Shown one piece after another: positions 24,680-32,000 of a stretch of 32,000 bases of DNA. The position numbers and the translations under genes were made by a program. How positions within the stretch are numbered: position 1 is the stretch's first letter; the number at the start of each line of letters is the position of its first letter. The stretch covers positions 737,309 through 769,308 of the forward strand of contig NZ_JANDBC010000001.1 in assembly GCF_024320785.1 (NCBI RefSeq). The letters are read 5' to 3'. The DNA is from Gracilimonas sediminicola (GTDB lineage: Bacteria > Bacteroidota > Rhodothermia > Balneolales > Balneolaceae). Under the pieces are notes generated by a model. That model made no database searches and was not told where the DNA came from. It worked only from the letters and a program-made list of their open reading frames with translations.

Positions 24680-25780
24680 ATGATCTCACAAAATGATCAG
24701 AAACTCGCATCCCTCATTCTTGAACACAGCACCGAGGTTCAGAAAGGGCACAATGTGATGGTACAGCTTATCGGCTTAAACGGCATCGACCTGCTCCGAG
24801 CTTTGGTAGAGCAAATCCGTGAAAAGGGAGCGCATCCGTTTATAAAGATCGAAGATGCGGATACGCAGCGTATTTTAATTGAAAATGGTGACGAGGAATT
24901 TTGGAAGAATCAGGCTTCTGTTGATCAGCTTCCACTGATGAAGCAAATGGATGCCTTTATCGGAATCCGTGCTTCACAAAATATCTATGAAAATTCACAT
25001 GCCAGTAAAGAAGCCAACAAGGCCTATTCCGAGCATTTTTTGAAACCGGTTCACTTTGATGAGCGCGTCAACAACACCAACTGGTGCATCATGCGGTACC
25101 CATCGGCTGCCTTTGCGATGAACGCCAAAATGCCAACGCGTGCTTTTGCTGATTTTTATTACGATGCCTGTCTGGTCGACTACGCCCGGCTTGAAGAAGC
25201 AATGAAGCCCCTGGAAAAACGACTGCGAGCCACCGATGAAATTCACCTTAAAGGTGAAGGAACCGATATTAAGTTTTCGGTTAAAGGACAGAACTGGGTT
25301 CCCTGCTTTGGTAAGCGAAATATCCCCGACGGAGAACTTTTTACCTCTCCCGTTCTGGATTCCGTAAATGGAGTGATTTCTTACGCTCCTTCCGTTTATC
25401 AGGGCAAACCTTTTGAATTTGTGAAGCTGGAAGTGAAAGACGGCGTGGTGGTTGATTTTGATTCCTCCAACAACGAGGCCCTTAAAGATATTCTGGACAC
25501 AGACGAGGGAGCACGGCAATTCGGAGAGTTCAGCTTTGGGTTGAACCCGGTGATCGAAAGCCCGATGTATGACATTCTTTTTGATGAGAAGATTTATGGG
25601 TCTAACCACCTTACCCTCGGTAAAGACTATGAAGTAGCACCAAACGGCAACTCCAGTAACATCCATTGGGACCTGGTTTGTATTGGCGCTGATGTGTACC
25701 TGGATGGAGAGCTGGTGCGCAAAGGCCGCAAGTTTGTTGCTGACGACCTTAAAGGATTAAACCCCGAAGAACTACTGTAG
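24680..25780 (+). CDS. Aminopeptidase, M29 (AmpS/PepS, thermophilic metalloprotease) family
   Basis: 366 aa. The N-terminal pattern LASLILEHSTEVQKGHNVMVQ...LLRALVEQIREKGAHPF and the C-terminal pattern GSNHLTLGKDY...SNIHWDLV are typical of M29 as I recall it. Confidence 0.8.
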   Translation: MISQNDQKLASLILEHSTEVQKGHNVMVQLIGLNGIDLLRALVEQIREKGAHPFIKIEDADTQRILIENGDEEFWKNQASVDQLPLMKQMDAFIGIRASQNIYENSHASKEANKAYSEHFLKPVHFDERVNNTNWCIMRYPSAAFAMNAKMPTRAFADFYYDACLVDYARLEEAMKPLEKRLRATDEIHLKGEGTDIKFSVKGQNWVPCFGKRNIPDGELFTSPVLDSVNGVISYAPSVYQGKPFEFVKLEVKDGVVVDFDSSNNEALKDILDTDEGARQFGEFSFGLNPVIESPMYDILFDEKIYGSNHLTLGKDYEVAPNGNSSNIHWDLVCIGADVYLDGELVRKGRKFVADDLKGLNPEELL

Positions 25781-25796
25781 CATATCAGATTTAAGG

Positions 25797-26222
25797 ATGA
25801 AGAAAACAGTATTAATTTACGGGGCTGTACTTGCTGCCGGTGTATTAGTGGTAGAAGCAATTGAGTATTTTTATATGGTAGAAATCATCTCAACTCCGGT
25901 GTATATCGTTGCCATTGCCATTCTATTTACCATATTAGGCATTTGGCTGGGGAAAAAACTAACGGCAAAAGCACCACAGGAATCTGAAAAAGCTCCTTTC
26001 AAACGGAATGAAAAAGCCTTGAAGTCGCTGGGTATCAGCGAGCGCGAACTTGATGTCCTCGAGCATCTCGGGAAAGGTCACTCTAACCAGGAAATAGCCA
26101 ATAAGCTTTTTATTTCTATCAATACGGTAAAAACACACCTTTCCAGTGTTTACCAAAAACTGGAAGTAAGCCGCCGAAGTATGGCCGTTAAAAAAGCCCG
26201 ATCGTTAAAGCTCATCCCATAA
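25797..26222 (+). CDS. Membrane-anchored LuxR-family (HTH) transcriptional regulator
   Basis: It has two N-terminal TM helices (VLIYGAVLAAGVLVV and VYIVAIAILFTILGIWLG). The C-terminal LuxR/GerE HTH is LSERELDVLEHLGKGHSNQEIANKLFISINTVKTHLSSVYQKLEV. Confidence 0.85.
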   Translation: MKKTVLIYGAVLAAGVLVVEAIEYFYMVEIISTPVYIVAIAILFTILGIWLGKKLTAKAPQESEKAPFKRNEKALKSLGISERELDVLEHLGKGHSNQEIANKLFISINTVKTHLSSVYQKLEVSRRSMAVKKARSLKLIP

Positions 26223-26255
26223 AAAAATCCACCGCCCCATTCGAGCCGGTGGATT
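26221..26255 (-). terminator. Intrinsic terminator for pckA (hairpin + U-tract on the minus strand); also abuts the LuxR gene stop
   Basis: AATCCACCG (26226-26234) pairs with CGGTGGATT (26247-26255) around a 12-nt loop. The A-run at 26221-26225 becomes a trailing U-tract for the minus-strand transcript coming from pckA (stop at 26278). Confidence 0.6.
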
Positions 26256-26277
26256 GAAGTTACCTTGAACTTATCGA

Positions 26278-27876
26278 TTAATCGCTGACTTTAGGTCCTG
26301 CGTTTATGATTTCATCACTGCTTTCTGCTTTATACTTATCGAAGTTTTTGCGGAAGAGCTTGCCAAGCTTTTGAGCCTGTGCATCATACTCATCTGCATT
26401 GCTCCAGGAATTACGTGGCTGTAGTATTTCTGAAGGAACTTCAGGGCAGTTTGTTGGAATCCTGAACCCAAACACTTCGTCTTGCACCGTGTCGGCATCA
26501 TCAAGCTTACCTTCATGAATGGCATTAATGATAGCACGGGTGTTTTTGAGATTGATTCGCTCTCCGCCTTTGCCATAGGCTCCGCCTGTAATTCCGGTAT
26601 TCACCAGCCAGGCTTTGGCGTTATGAGTTCGCATTTTCTCCGCGAGCATTTCGGCATATTTAGACGGTGGCCATACCAGGAAGGCTGCCCCAAAGCAGGC
26701 AGAAAATGTAGCTTCAGGCTCTGTAACACCCATTTCGGTTCCGGCAACTTTGGCGGTATATCCACTGATAAAGTGGTACATAGCCTGCTCAGGAGACAGC
26801 TTGCTTACCGGAGGCAATACACCAAAGGCATCATAAGTCAAAAAGATGATGTTTTTAGGATGTCCGGCTGTGCATGGGATTTTGGAATTTGAGATAAAGT
26901 CGATGGGATACGAAGCCCGGGTGTTTTGAGTGATGGAAACATCGTCGTAATCCACTTTTCGGGTATTCGCATCATAGCCCACATTCTCCAGCACCGTTCC
27001 GAACTTGATGGCATTATATATCTCAGGTTCTTTTTCTTCAGACAGATTGATGGTTTTTGCATAGCAACCGCCTTCGATATTAAACACGCCGTCTTCACTC
27101 CAGCAGTGTTCATCATCGCCTATCAGTTTGCGACTTTTATCAGCCGAAAGTGTGGTTTTTCCGGTTCCGGATAAGCCAAAGAAGAGCGCTACATCTTCGG
27201 GTTTCTCCCCTTCGTTTGCCGAACAGTGCATGGAAAGTACATCTTTCTTAGGCATCAGGTAATGCATAACGGTAAAAATACCTTTCTTCATCTCCCCGGC
27301 ATACTCCGTTCCCAGAATCACCATTTCGCCTTTTTCAAAATTCACATCTACACTGGCATCGGAGGTCATGCCTTCAGTAAAACGATTTGCAGGAAATTTA
27401 CCGGCGTTATATACCACAAAATCAGGCTCTCCAAAGTTTTCGAGCTCCTCGGCTGTTGGCCGAATCAACATATTATGCATAAACAATCCATGGTATGGGC
27501 GCTCTGCTATAATCCGGACTTTGAGACGATAGTTAGGATCCCAACCCGCAAAACCATCAATTACATATAGCCGCTCCCGCGTGTTCAGGTAATCGGTGGC
27601 TCTTTGGTGATTGATGCTAAAAGTATGTTCATCCAGCGCAATATTTACATTACCCCACCACACTTCCTTTTCAACACCGGAAGTTTTCACAACCCGCTTG
27701 TCGGCCGGACTTCGCCCCGTTCTTTTCCCTGACCTAACAACCAACGCACCCGAATCGGCTACTGCTGAACCGGGATCAAATTTGATGGCATCCTCATAGA
27801 ATTTTGCCGGGGCCGGGTTCCTGATGATATTCTCTACTGAAATTTTATGTTTAGATAAATCCACTTTTTTTCCCAT
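26278..27876 (-). CDS. pckA: Phosphoenolpyruvate carboxykinase (ATP)
   Basis: 532 aa. The kinase-1a motif [13 protein letters not shown] is present, with flanking blocks [17 protein letters not shown] and [11 protein letters not shown] typical of ATP-dependent PEPCK. Confidence 0.95.
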   Translation of the reverse strand: MGKKVDLSKHKISVENIIRNPAPAKFYEDAIKFDPGSAVADSGALVVRSGKRTGRSPADKRVVKTSGVEKEVWWGNVNIALDEHTFSINHQRATDYLNTRERLYVIDGFAGWDPNYRLKVRIIAERPYHGLFMHNMLIRPTAEELENFGEPDFVVYNAGKFPANRFTEGMTSDASVDVNFEKGEMVILGTEYAGEMKKGIFTVMHYLMPKKDVLSMHCSANEGEKPEDVALFFGLSGTGKTTLSADKSRKLIGDDEHCWSEDGVFNIEGGCYAKTINLSEEKEPEIYNAIKFGTVLENVGYDANTRKVDYDDVSITQNTRASYPIDFISNSKIPCTAGHPKNIIFLTYDAFGVLPPVSKLSPEQAMYHFISGYTAKVAGTEMGVTEPEATFSACFGAAFLVWPPSKYAEMLAEKMRTHNAKAWLVNTGITGGAYGKGGERINLKNTRAIINAIHEGKLDDADTVQDEVFGFRIPTNCPEVPSEILQPRNSWSNADEYDAQAQKLGKLFRKNFDKYKAESSDEIINAGPKVSD

Positions 27877-27914
27877 TGCTTTGAGGCTTAAGAGTTCTTC
27901 GATTGAGTAAGTAC

Positions 27915-27930
27915 TGATAGGTACCTATCA
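27915..27930. promoter_or_regulatory. Perfect 16-bp palindrome upstream of pckA (candidate operator)
   Basis: TGATAGGTACCTATCA is its own reverse complement. It lies 39-54 nt upstream of the pckA ATG (27876, minus strand), in the 234-bp divergent intergenic region. Confidence 0.35.
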
Positions 27931-28110
27931 ATCATGAATATTTGATTAATAAACTGAGATTGTTTTCGATTTTTAAATAAAAATATGCCCGTGCATTACT
28001 ATTTACAGCTGGTTTTTACCCGAAAATTTCAAAATCATACTTTCGGGTGATGCATTCCTTTTTCAATTTCACTTACTTGGAGCAGCACATTTAACCAAGC
28101 ATCAAACAAT

Positions 28111-28671
28111 ATGTCAAAAATTATACTCACATTCGGCATACTTGCCGGACTGATTAATGTGGTCATCGCCACCCTCCTCACTAACTTTGCGGGGGATGAA
28201 ATGATGCACGCCAATTCGGAGTGGGTTGGCTATTTGGTTATGATCATTGCTCTGTCCATGATCTTTGTAGGGGTAAAACAATATCGGGACAACTACCTGG
28301 GTGGCGTTATCAAATTCGGGAAAGCATTTTTGGTAGGATTATATATCGCGTTGGTTGCCAGTGCTTTCTATGTAGGCGGATGGGAAATTTACCTCCAAAC
28401 CTCCGATGTCAACTTCATGGAAACTTATTCAACTTCCGTAATTGAAAATATGGAAGCGGATGGTGCATCTGATGTAGCGATAGCGGAAATGGAAGAACAA
28501 ATACAGTTCTATTCTGATATGTATGAAAACCCGTTTTTCCGTGTCCTCTTAACGCTGTCAGAAATTCTGCCTGTCGGTTTGATTATTTCACTGGTTAGTG
28601 CAGCTTTATTGCGAAAGAGCACCTTTATGCCAACCGAAGAAAATATGAACCCGGATGCGTCCGCCATTTAA
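28111..28671 (+). CDS. DUF4199-like integral membrane protein
   Basis: 186 aa with four predicted TM helices. The N-terminal pattern MSKIILTFGILAGLINVV and the overall topology resemble the Bacteroidetes DUF4199 family. This is a call from memory. Confidence 0.65.
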   Translation: MSKIILTFGILAGLINVVIATLLTNFAGDEMMHANSEWVGYLVMIIALSMIFVGVKQYRDNYLGGVIKFGKAFLVGLYIALVASAFYVGGWEIYLQTSDVNFMETYSTSVIENMEADGASDVAIAEMEEQIQFYSDMYENPFFRVLLTLSEILPVGLIISLVSAALLRKSTFMPTEENMNPDASAI

Positions 28672-28689
28672 AATTCAACAAGAAAATCT

Positions 28690-29145
28690 ATGAAAATTGA
28701 AGCCCACAGTCCTGAAGAATACATTCAAAAAATCCCAGAAGAACGTAAAGAACCCATCAAAAAACTTCGATCGGTTATAAGTGATAACCTGCCTGAGGGG
28801 TTCAAAGAACAAATGAGCTACGGGATGATTGGTTATGTTGTGCCCCATTCGCTGTACCCGGATGGATATCACGTAACGCCGGAGCTTCCTCTGCCCTTTA
28901 TAAACATTGCTTCTCAAAAGAATCATATTGCGGTGTACCACTCCGGGATTTATGCTGATGATGAACTCATGAACTGGTTTAAGGGAGAGTATCCCAAACA
29001 TGTAAAAACCAAGCTCGATATGGGCAAGAGTTGTATCCGTTTTCGAAATCCGGATCACATTCCCTACGAATTGATCGGCGAGCTGGCGGGAAAAATGACA
29101 CCCGGGGAATGGATCGAGCTTTACGAAAAGAACATTAAAGGTTAA
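28690..29145 (+). CDS. DUF1801 (YdhG-like) domain-containing protein
   Basis: The sequences PEEYIQKIPEERKEPIKKLRSVISDNLPEGFKEQMSYGMIGYVVP and KSCIRFRNPDHIPYELIGEL fit the DUF1801 pattern. I treat the longer antisense ORF 28675..29178 as a shadow ORF. Confidence 0.8.
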   Translation: MKIEAHSPEEYIQKIPEERKEPIKKLRSVISDNLPEGFKEQMSYGMIGYVVPHSLYPDGYHVTPELPLPFINIASQKNHIAVYHSGIYADDELMNWFKGEYPKHVKTKLDMGKSCIRFRNPDHIPYELIGELAGKMTPGEWIELYEKNIKG

Positions 29146-29160
29146 CCAAACTAAATTACC

Positions 29161-29511
29161 ATGAATCCGAATAATCACTCTCTTTCACTTGCAGTTAAAG
29201 ACATCCATGCCTCTAAAGCATTTTATGAAAAACTGGGGTTTGAACCGGTTGAAGGTACCGGCCCCATCGAGAACAACTGGATTATTATGAAGAAGGGAAA
29301 TTCTCTGATCGGTTTATTCCAGGATATGTTTGAGGAAAATATCATCACCTTTAACCCAACGGATGCCCGAAGTGTCTATAAAGATTTAAAGGAAAAGGAG
29401 GTTACATTCCTGATGGAGTCAGATTCCATCCACGAGGATAAAGGTCCGTGCCACTTTTGCATCGAGGACCCGGATGGAAACCAGATTTTATTTGACCAGC
29501 ATAACGACTAA
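29161..29511 (+). CDS. VOC-family (glyoxalase/bleomycin-resistance fold) protein
   Basis: 116 aa. The N-terminal HSLSLAVKDIHASKAFYEKLGFE and the C-terminal FCIEDPDGNQILFDQ are typical VOC beta-alpha-beta-beta-beta module ends. Confidence 0.8.
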   Translation: MNPNNHSLSLAVKDIHASKAFYEKLGFEPVEGTGPIENNWIIMKKGNSLIGLFQDMFEENIITFNPTDARSVYKDLKEKEVTFLMESDSIHEDKGPCHFCIEDPDGNQILFDQHND

Positions 29512-29536
29512 TAAGTTAGCTTTCAGCCGTCAGAAA

Positions 29537-29577
29537 TCAGCTTTCAGTTTTCTTCAGAGACAAAAACTGAAAGCTGA
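29537..29577. repeat. Perfect 15-bp stem / 11-nt loop hairpin between the two VOC genes (terminator-like or REP-like element)
   Basis: TCAGCTTTCAGTTTT (29537-29551) pairs with AAAACTGAAAGCTGA (29563-29577). No U-tract follows. Its left arm is 15/16 identical to 16315-16330. Confidence 0.55.
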
Positions 29578-29611
29578 ATGGCGAAAGCATACAACAAAAA
29601 AATCAAACTTT

Positions 29612-30034
29612 ATGAAAAAGCGAGTAACCGGAATTGGTGGCGTATTTTTGAAAGCTAAAGATCCCGATGCCACGAGAGATTGGTACCGGAATCATCTGGG
29701 TATCGAAAGCGGAAAGTATGGCGGTACTTTTGAGTGGCGGCATGCCGAAGATCCTGATAAGAGGGGCTACACCGCCTGGAGTATGTTTGATGAAAACACC
29801 GAATACACCAATCCCAGCAAAAAAGACGCAATGGTTAATTACCGGGTAGAAAACCTGGAAGAACTGCTTATGGTTCTTGAAGAGGAAGGCGTAGAAATTG
29901 TCGGTGAAATGGAAGTTTACGAATACGGCAAGTTCGGCTGGATTATGGATCCCAATGGCTACAAAATCGAACTTTGGGAACCGAATGATGAAGAGTATGA
30001 GAAAATTAAGGGCGAGACTAATTTGTCCAGCTAA
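29612..30034 (+). CDS. VOC-family (glyoxalase-like) protein
   Basis: MKKRVTGIGGVFLKAKDPDATRDWYRNHLGIE and GWIMDPNGYKIELWEP are typical VOC ends. I prefer ATG 29612; the track's start at 29474 begins inside the previous gene and reads through the hairpin. Confidence 0.85.
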   Translation: MKKRVTGIGGVFLKAKDPDATRDWYRNHLGIESGKYGGTFEWRHAEDPDKRGYTAWSMFDENTEYTNPSKKDAMVNYRVENLEELLMVLEEEGVEIVGEMEVYEYGKFGWIMDPNGYKIELWEPNDEEYEKIKGETNLSS

Positions 30035-30064
30035 GCTGAAATTCAAAATTAAGAATTGAAAGTT

Positions 30065-30101
30065 AAAAATTGGGTGGTCAAGAACTCCCAACCCAATTTT
30101 T
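30065..30101. terminator. Bidirectional intrinsic terminator between the VOC gene (+) and clpB (-)
   Basis: AAAAATTGGGT (30065-30075) pairs with ACCCAATTTTT (30091-30101). The A5/T5 arms give a U-run on either strand. It lies between convergent stops at 30034 and 30121. Confidence 0.6.
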
Positions 30102-30120
30102 AATACTTAATTTTAAATTT

Positions 30121-32000
30121 TCAATCCTCTTCCGCCCAGGCTTCTACATCATCCAGTACTTCGGCAAAGTCGATGCCATCTTTTGCTTTGTTGATAGTGG
30201 CCTCGTAATGAACCGGGCCTTCTTCTTCACGGCTGATTAACTTCGTGGCCAGTTTATTGGTGATATTCTGTTGAATCACCCGCTTCAGCGGACGCGCTCC
30301 GTACACAGGGTCATACCCCCGAACAGCCAGCCAGTCTTTAACGGTATCAGATACATCAAGGGTCACTTCACTCTTCCGGAGCATTTCGTGCACTCTTCGA
30401 AGCTGAATATCCACAATGGCGCGGATGTGCTCCTGACCCAGCGGATGGAACACAATGGTATCGTCCACACGGTTCAGAAACTCCGGCCGGATGGTTTGCT
30501 TCAACTGCTCTATCAGTTTGTTTTGAAGTTCTTCGTATTTCTCATCACTCATATCACCACCGGTTTTCTCGATCTCGTTGGAAATCAGGTGCGAACCGAT
30601 ATTCGACGTCATAATGATGATGGTATTTTTGAAATCCACCGTAACACCTTTATTGTCAGTCAGGCGGCCTTCATCCAGCACCTGCAGCAGAATGTTGAAT
30701 ACATCCGGATGTGCTTTTTCGATTTCGTCGAGCAGAATTACCGAATAGGGATGTCGACGTGCAGCCTCCGTAAGCTGTCCGCCCTCATCGTAGCCTACAT
30801 AGCCCGGAGGAGCTCCTACCAACCGGCTTACGCTGTGCTTCTCCATGTACTCACTCATATCGATGCGAATCATGGCATTTTCATCATTGAACAGAAAATC
30901 AGCTAGCGAACGGGCAAGTTCTGTTTTACCCACACCGGTTGATCCGAGAAAGAAGAAGGAGCCAATCGGTTTCTGCTCATCCTGCAGTCCGGCCCGTGAA
31001 CGACGAACTGCATGAGATACAGCTTCAATTGCTTTATCCTGGCCGATTACCCGCTTATGTAGTTCTTCTTCCAACTGCAGCAGTTTCTTACGTTCACTTT
31101 GCAGCATCTTCCGAACCGGAATTCCGGTCCAGCGTGCTACAATATCGGCGATGTCTTCCGCATCCACCTCCTCTTTCAGCAAAGACTGATTTTCCTGCAT
31201 GTCATCCAGTTTCTTTTGCGACTCCTGCAGTTCATTTTCAAGCTGGGTGATTGTGCCATAGCGTAATTCGGCTACTTTTTCGTAGTTCCCCTGTCGCTCG
31301 GCTTTATCGGCTTCGTTTCGGGCCGTGTCAATGGCTTGCTTCAGCTCTCTCACCCTTTGGATCAGTTCGCGTTCCTGCTCCCATTGCACCCGCATCGATT
31401 TTCGATCTTCTTCGAGGTCGGCGAGCTCTTTCTCAATCCCTTTCATTTTGGATTGATCTTTTTCCCGTTTTAATGCCTCACGCTCAATTTCCAACTGCCG
31501 GATTTGACGTTCCAGCGCATCCAGTTCTTCCGGAAGTGAATCGATTTGCAGGCGTAACCGGGAGGCGGCTTCATCAATCAGGTCAATAGCTTTATCAGGT
31601 AGGAAACGGTCTCCGATGTAACGGTGTGAAAGCTCTGCTGCAGCTACCACGGCCGAGTCGGTTATCCGAACACCGTGGTGTACTTCATAGCGCTCCTGCA
31701 ATCCGCGGAGAATCGAAACGGTATCTTCCACAGAAGGTTCGCCTACCAACACAGTTTGCAGTCGACGTTCCAGCGCTTTGTCTTTCTCAATATACTTGCG
31801 GTATTCATCAAGCGTAGTGGCCCCGATAGCGTGCAGTTCGCCCCGGGCAAGCGCCGGTTTCAGAATGTTGGCCGCATCCATAGCGCCCTCGGTGGCCCCG
31901 GCTCCAACCAGTGTGTGAATTTCGTCAATGAAGAGAATGATTTCACCGTCAGAATCCGATACGTCTTTCACTACCGCTTTCAGTCGTTCTTCAAACTCGC
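30121..32000 (-). CDS. clpB: ATP-dependent chaperone ClpB, 5'-truncated by the window end (C-terminal ~625 aa present)
   Basis: The frame is open through 32000 (upstream codons read [10 protein letters not shown] before the track's GTG). Motifs present are [14 protein letters not shown], the coiled-coil middle domain, the second Walker [41 protein letters not shown] and [10 protein letters not shown]. Confidence 0.95.
   Translation of the reverse strand, partial: EFEERLKAVVKDVSDSDGEIILFIDEIHTLVGAGATEGAMDAANILKPALARGELHAIGATTLDEYRKYIEKDKALERRLQTVLVGEPSVEDTVSILRGLQERYEVHHGVRITDSAVVAAAELSHRYIGDRFLPDKAIDLIDEAASRLRLQIDSLPEELDALERQIRQLEIEREALKREKDQSKMKGIEKELADLEEDRKSMRVQWEQERELIQRVRELKQAIDTARNEADKAERQGNYEKVAELRYGTITQLENELQESQKKLDDMQENQSLLKEEVDAEDIADIVARWTGIPVRKMLQSERKKLLQLEEELHKRVIGQDKAIEAVSHAVRRSRAGLQDEQKPIGSFFFLGSTGVGKTELARSLADFLFNDENAMIRIDMSEYMEKHSVSRLVGAPPGYVGYDEGGQLTEAARRHPYSVILLDEIEKAHPDVFNILLQVLDEGRLTDNKGVTVDFKNTIIIMTSNIGSHLISNEIEKTGGDMSDEKYEELQNKLIEQLKQTIRPEFLNRVDDTIVFHPLGQEHIRAIVDIQLRRVHEMLRKSEVTLDVSDTVKDWLAVRGYDPVYGARPLKRVIQQNITNKLATKLISREEEGPVHYEATINKAKDGIDFAEVLDDVEAWAEED

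Noticed and set aside
24995-25666. 223-aa ORF on the minus strand
   Set aside because: It is entirely antisense to the well-supported M29 aminopeptidase gene. Its sequence has no recognisable motifs, so it is a typical shadow ORF.
28675-29178. 167-aa minus-strand ORF, longer than the overlapping plus-strand ORF
   Set aside because: The plus-strand product matches the DUF1801 pattern end to end. The minus-strand translation is featureless and would overlap neighbouring genes on both sides.
29474-29611. Upstream extension of the second VOC gene (track start at 29474)
   Set aside because: The extension starts inside the first VOC gene, reads through the 15-bp-stem hairpin, and adds non-homologous residues. 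ATG 29612 gives the canonical VOC N-terminus (MKKRVTGIGGVFL).
30271-31589. Plus-strand ORFs of 211, 103 and 112 aa (30271..30906, 30939..31250, 31251..31589)
   Set aside because: All are antisense to clpB, whose identity is unambiguous. They are shadow ORFs.

Overview
This 32-kb chromosomal segment reads like an FCB-group genome (Bacteroidota / Rhodothermota / Balneolota-like), because it carries a T9SS porU-porV pair and several Bacteroidetes-type DUF families. It is densely coding, with about 27 CDS. I saw no rRNA, tRNA, CRISPR array, transposase or integrase by eye.

Layout:
- 1-13141 (+): one tightly packed gene string. It holds porU (5'-truncated), porV, a T9SS-CTD cargo protein that looks like a catalytically dead M6 metalloprotease, a large outer-membrane protein (HExxH gluzincin domain + PD40 propeller + Omp85-like barrel), a DUF5683-like protein, a triple-PASTA protein and rpe.
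- 13.2-16.3 kb (+): phoH-like ATPase with no canonical start codon for its N-terminal domain, a four-helix-bundle (23S-IVS family) gene flanked by an imperfect inverted repeat, an MBL-fold hydrolase and a purine nucleoside phosphorylase.
- 16.4-20.5 kb: an accessory-looking block encoding only exported proteins. From about 17.3 kb on it is more AT-rich in spot counts. It holds a PD40-like lipoprotein, a DUF4384 protein, two tandem paralogous small lipoproteins and a PEGA-caspase(C14)-EF-hand lipoprotein. This is my best candidate for an undescribed system (an envelope-located caspase module).
- 20.5-32 kb: mostly housekeeping. It holds the acyl-CoA carboxylase beta subunit, a 550-570 aa protein with a large acidic/poly-Lys region, an orphan ABC ATPase with apparently degenerate Q- and H-loops, an M29 aminopeptidase, a membrane-tethered LuxR regulator, pckA (with a perfect 16-bp palindrome upstream), DUF4199, DUF1801, two VOC/glyoxalase genes and clpB (5'-truncated at the window end).

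All family assignments come from motif recognition by eye. No HMM or BLAST search was possible.
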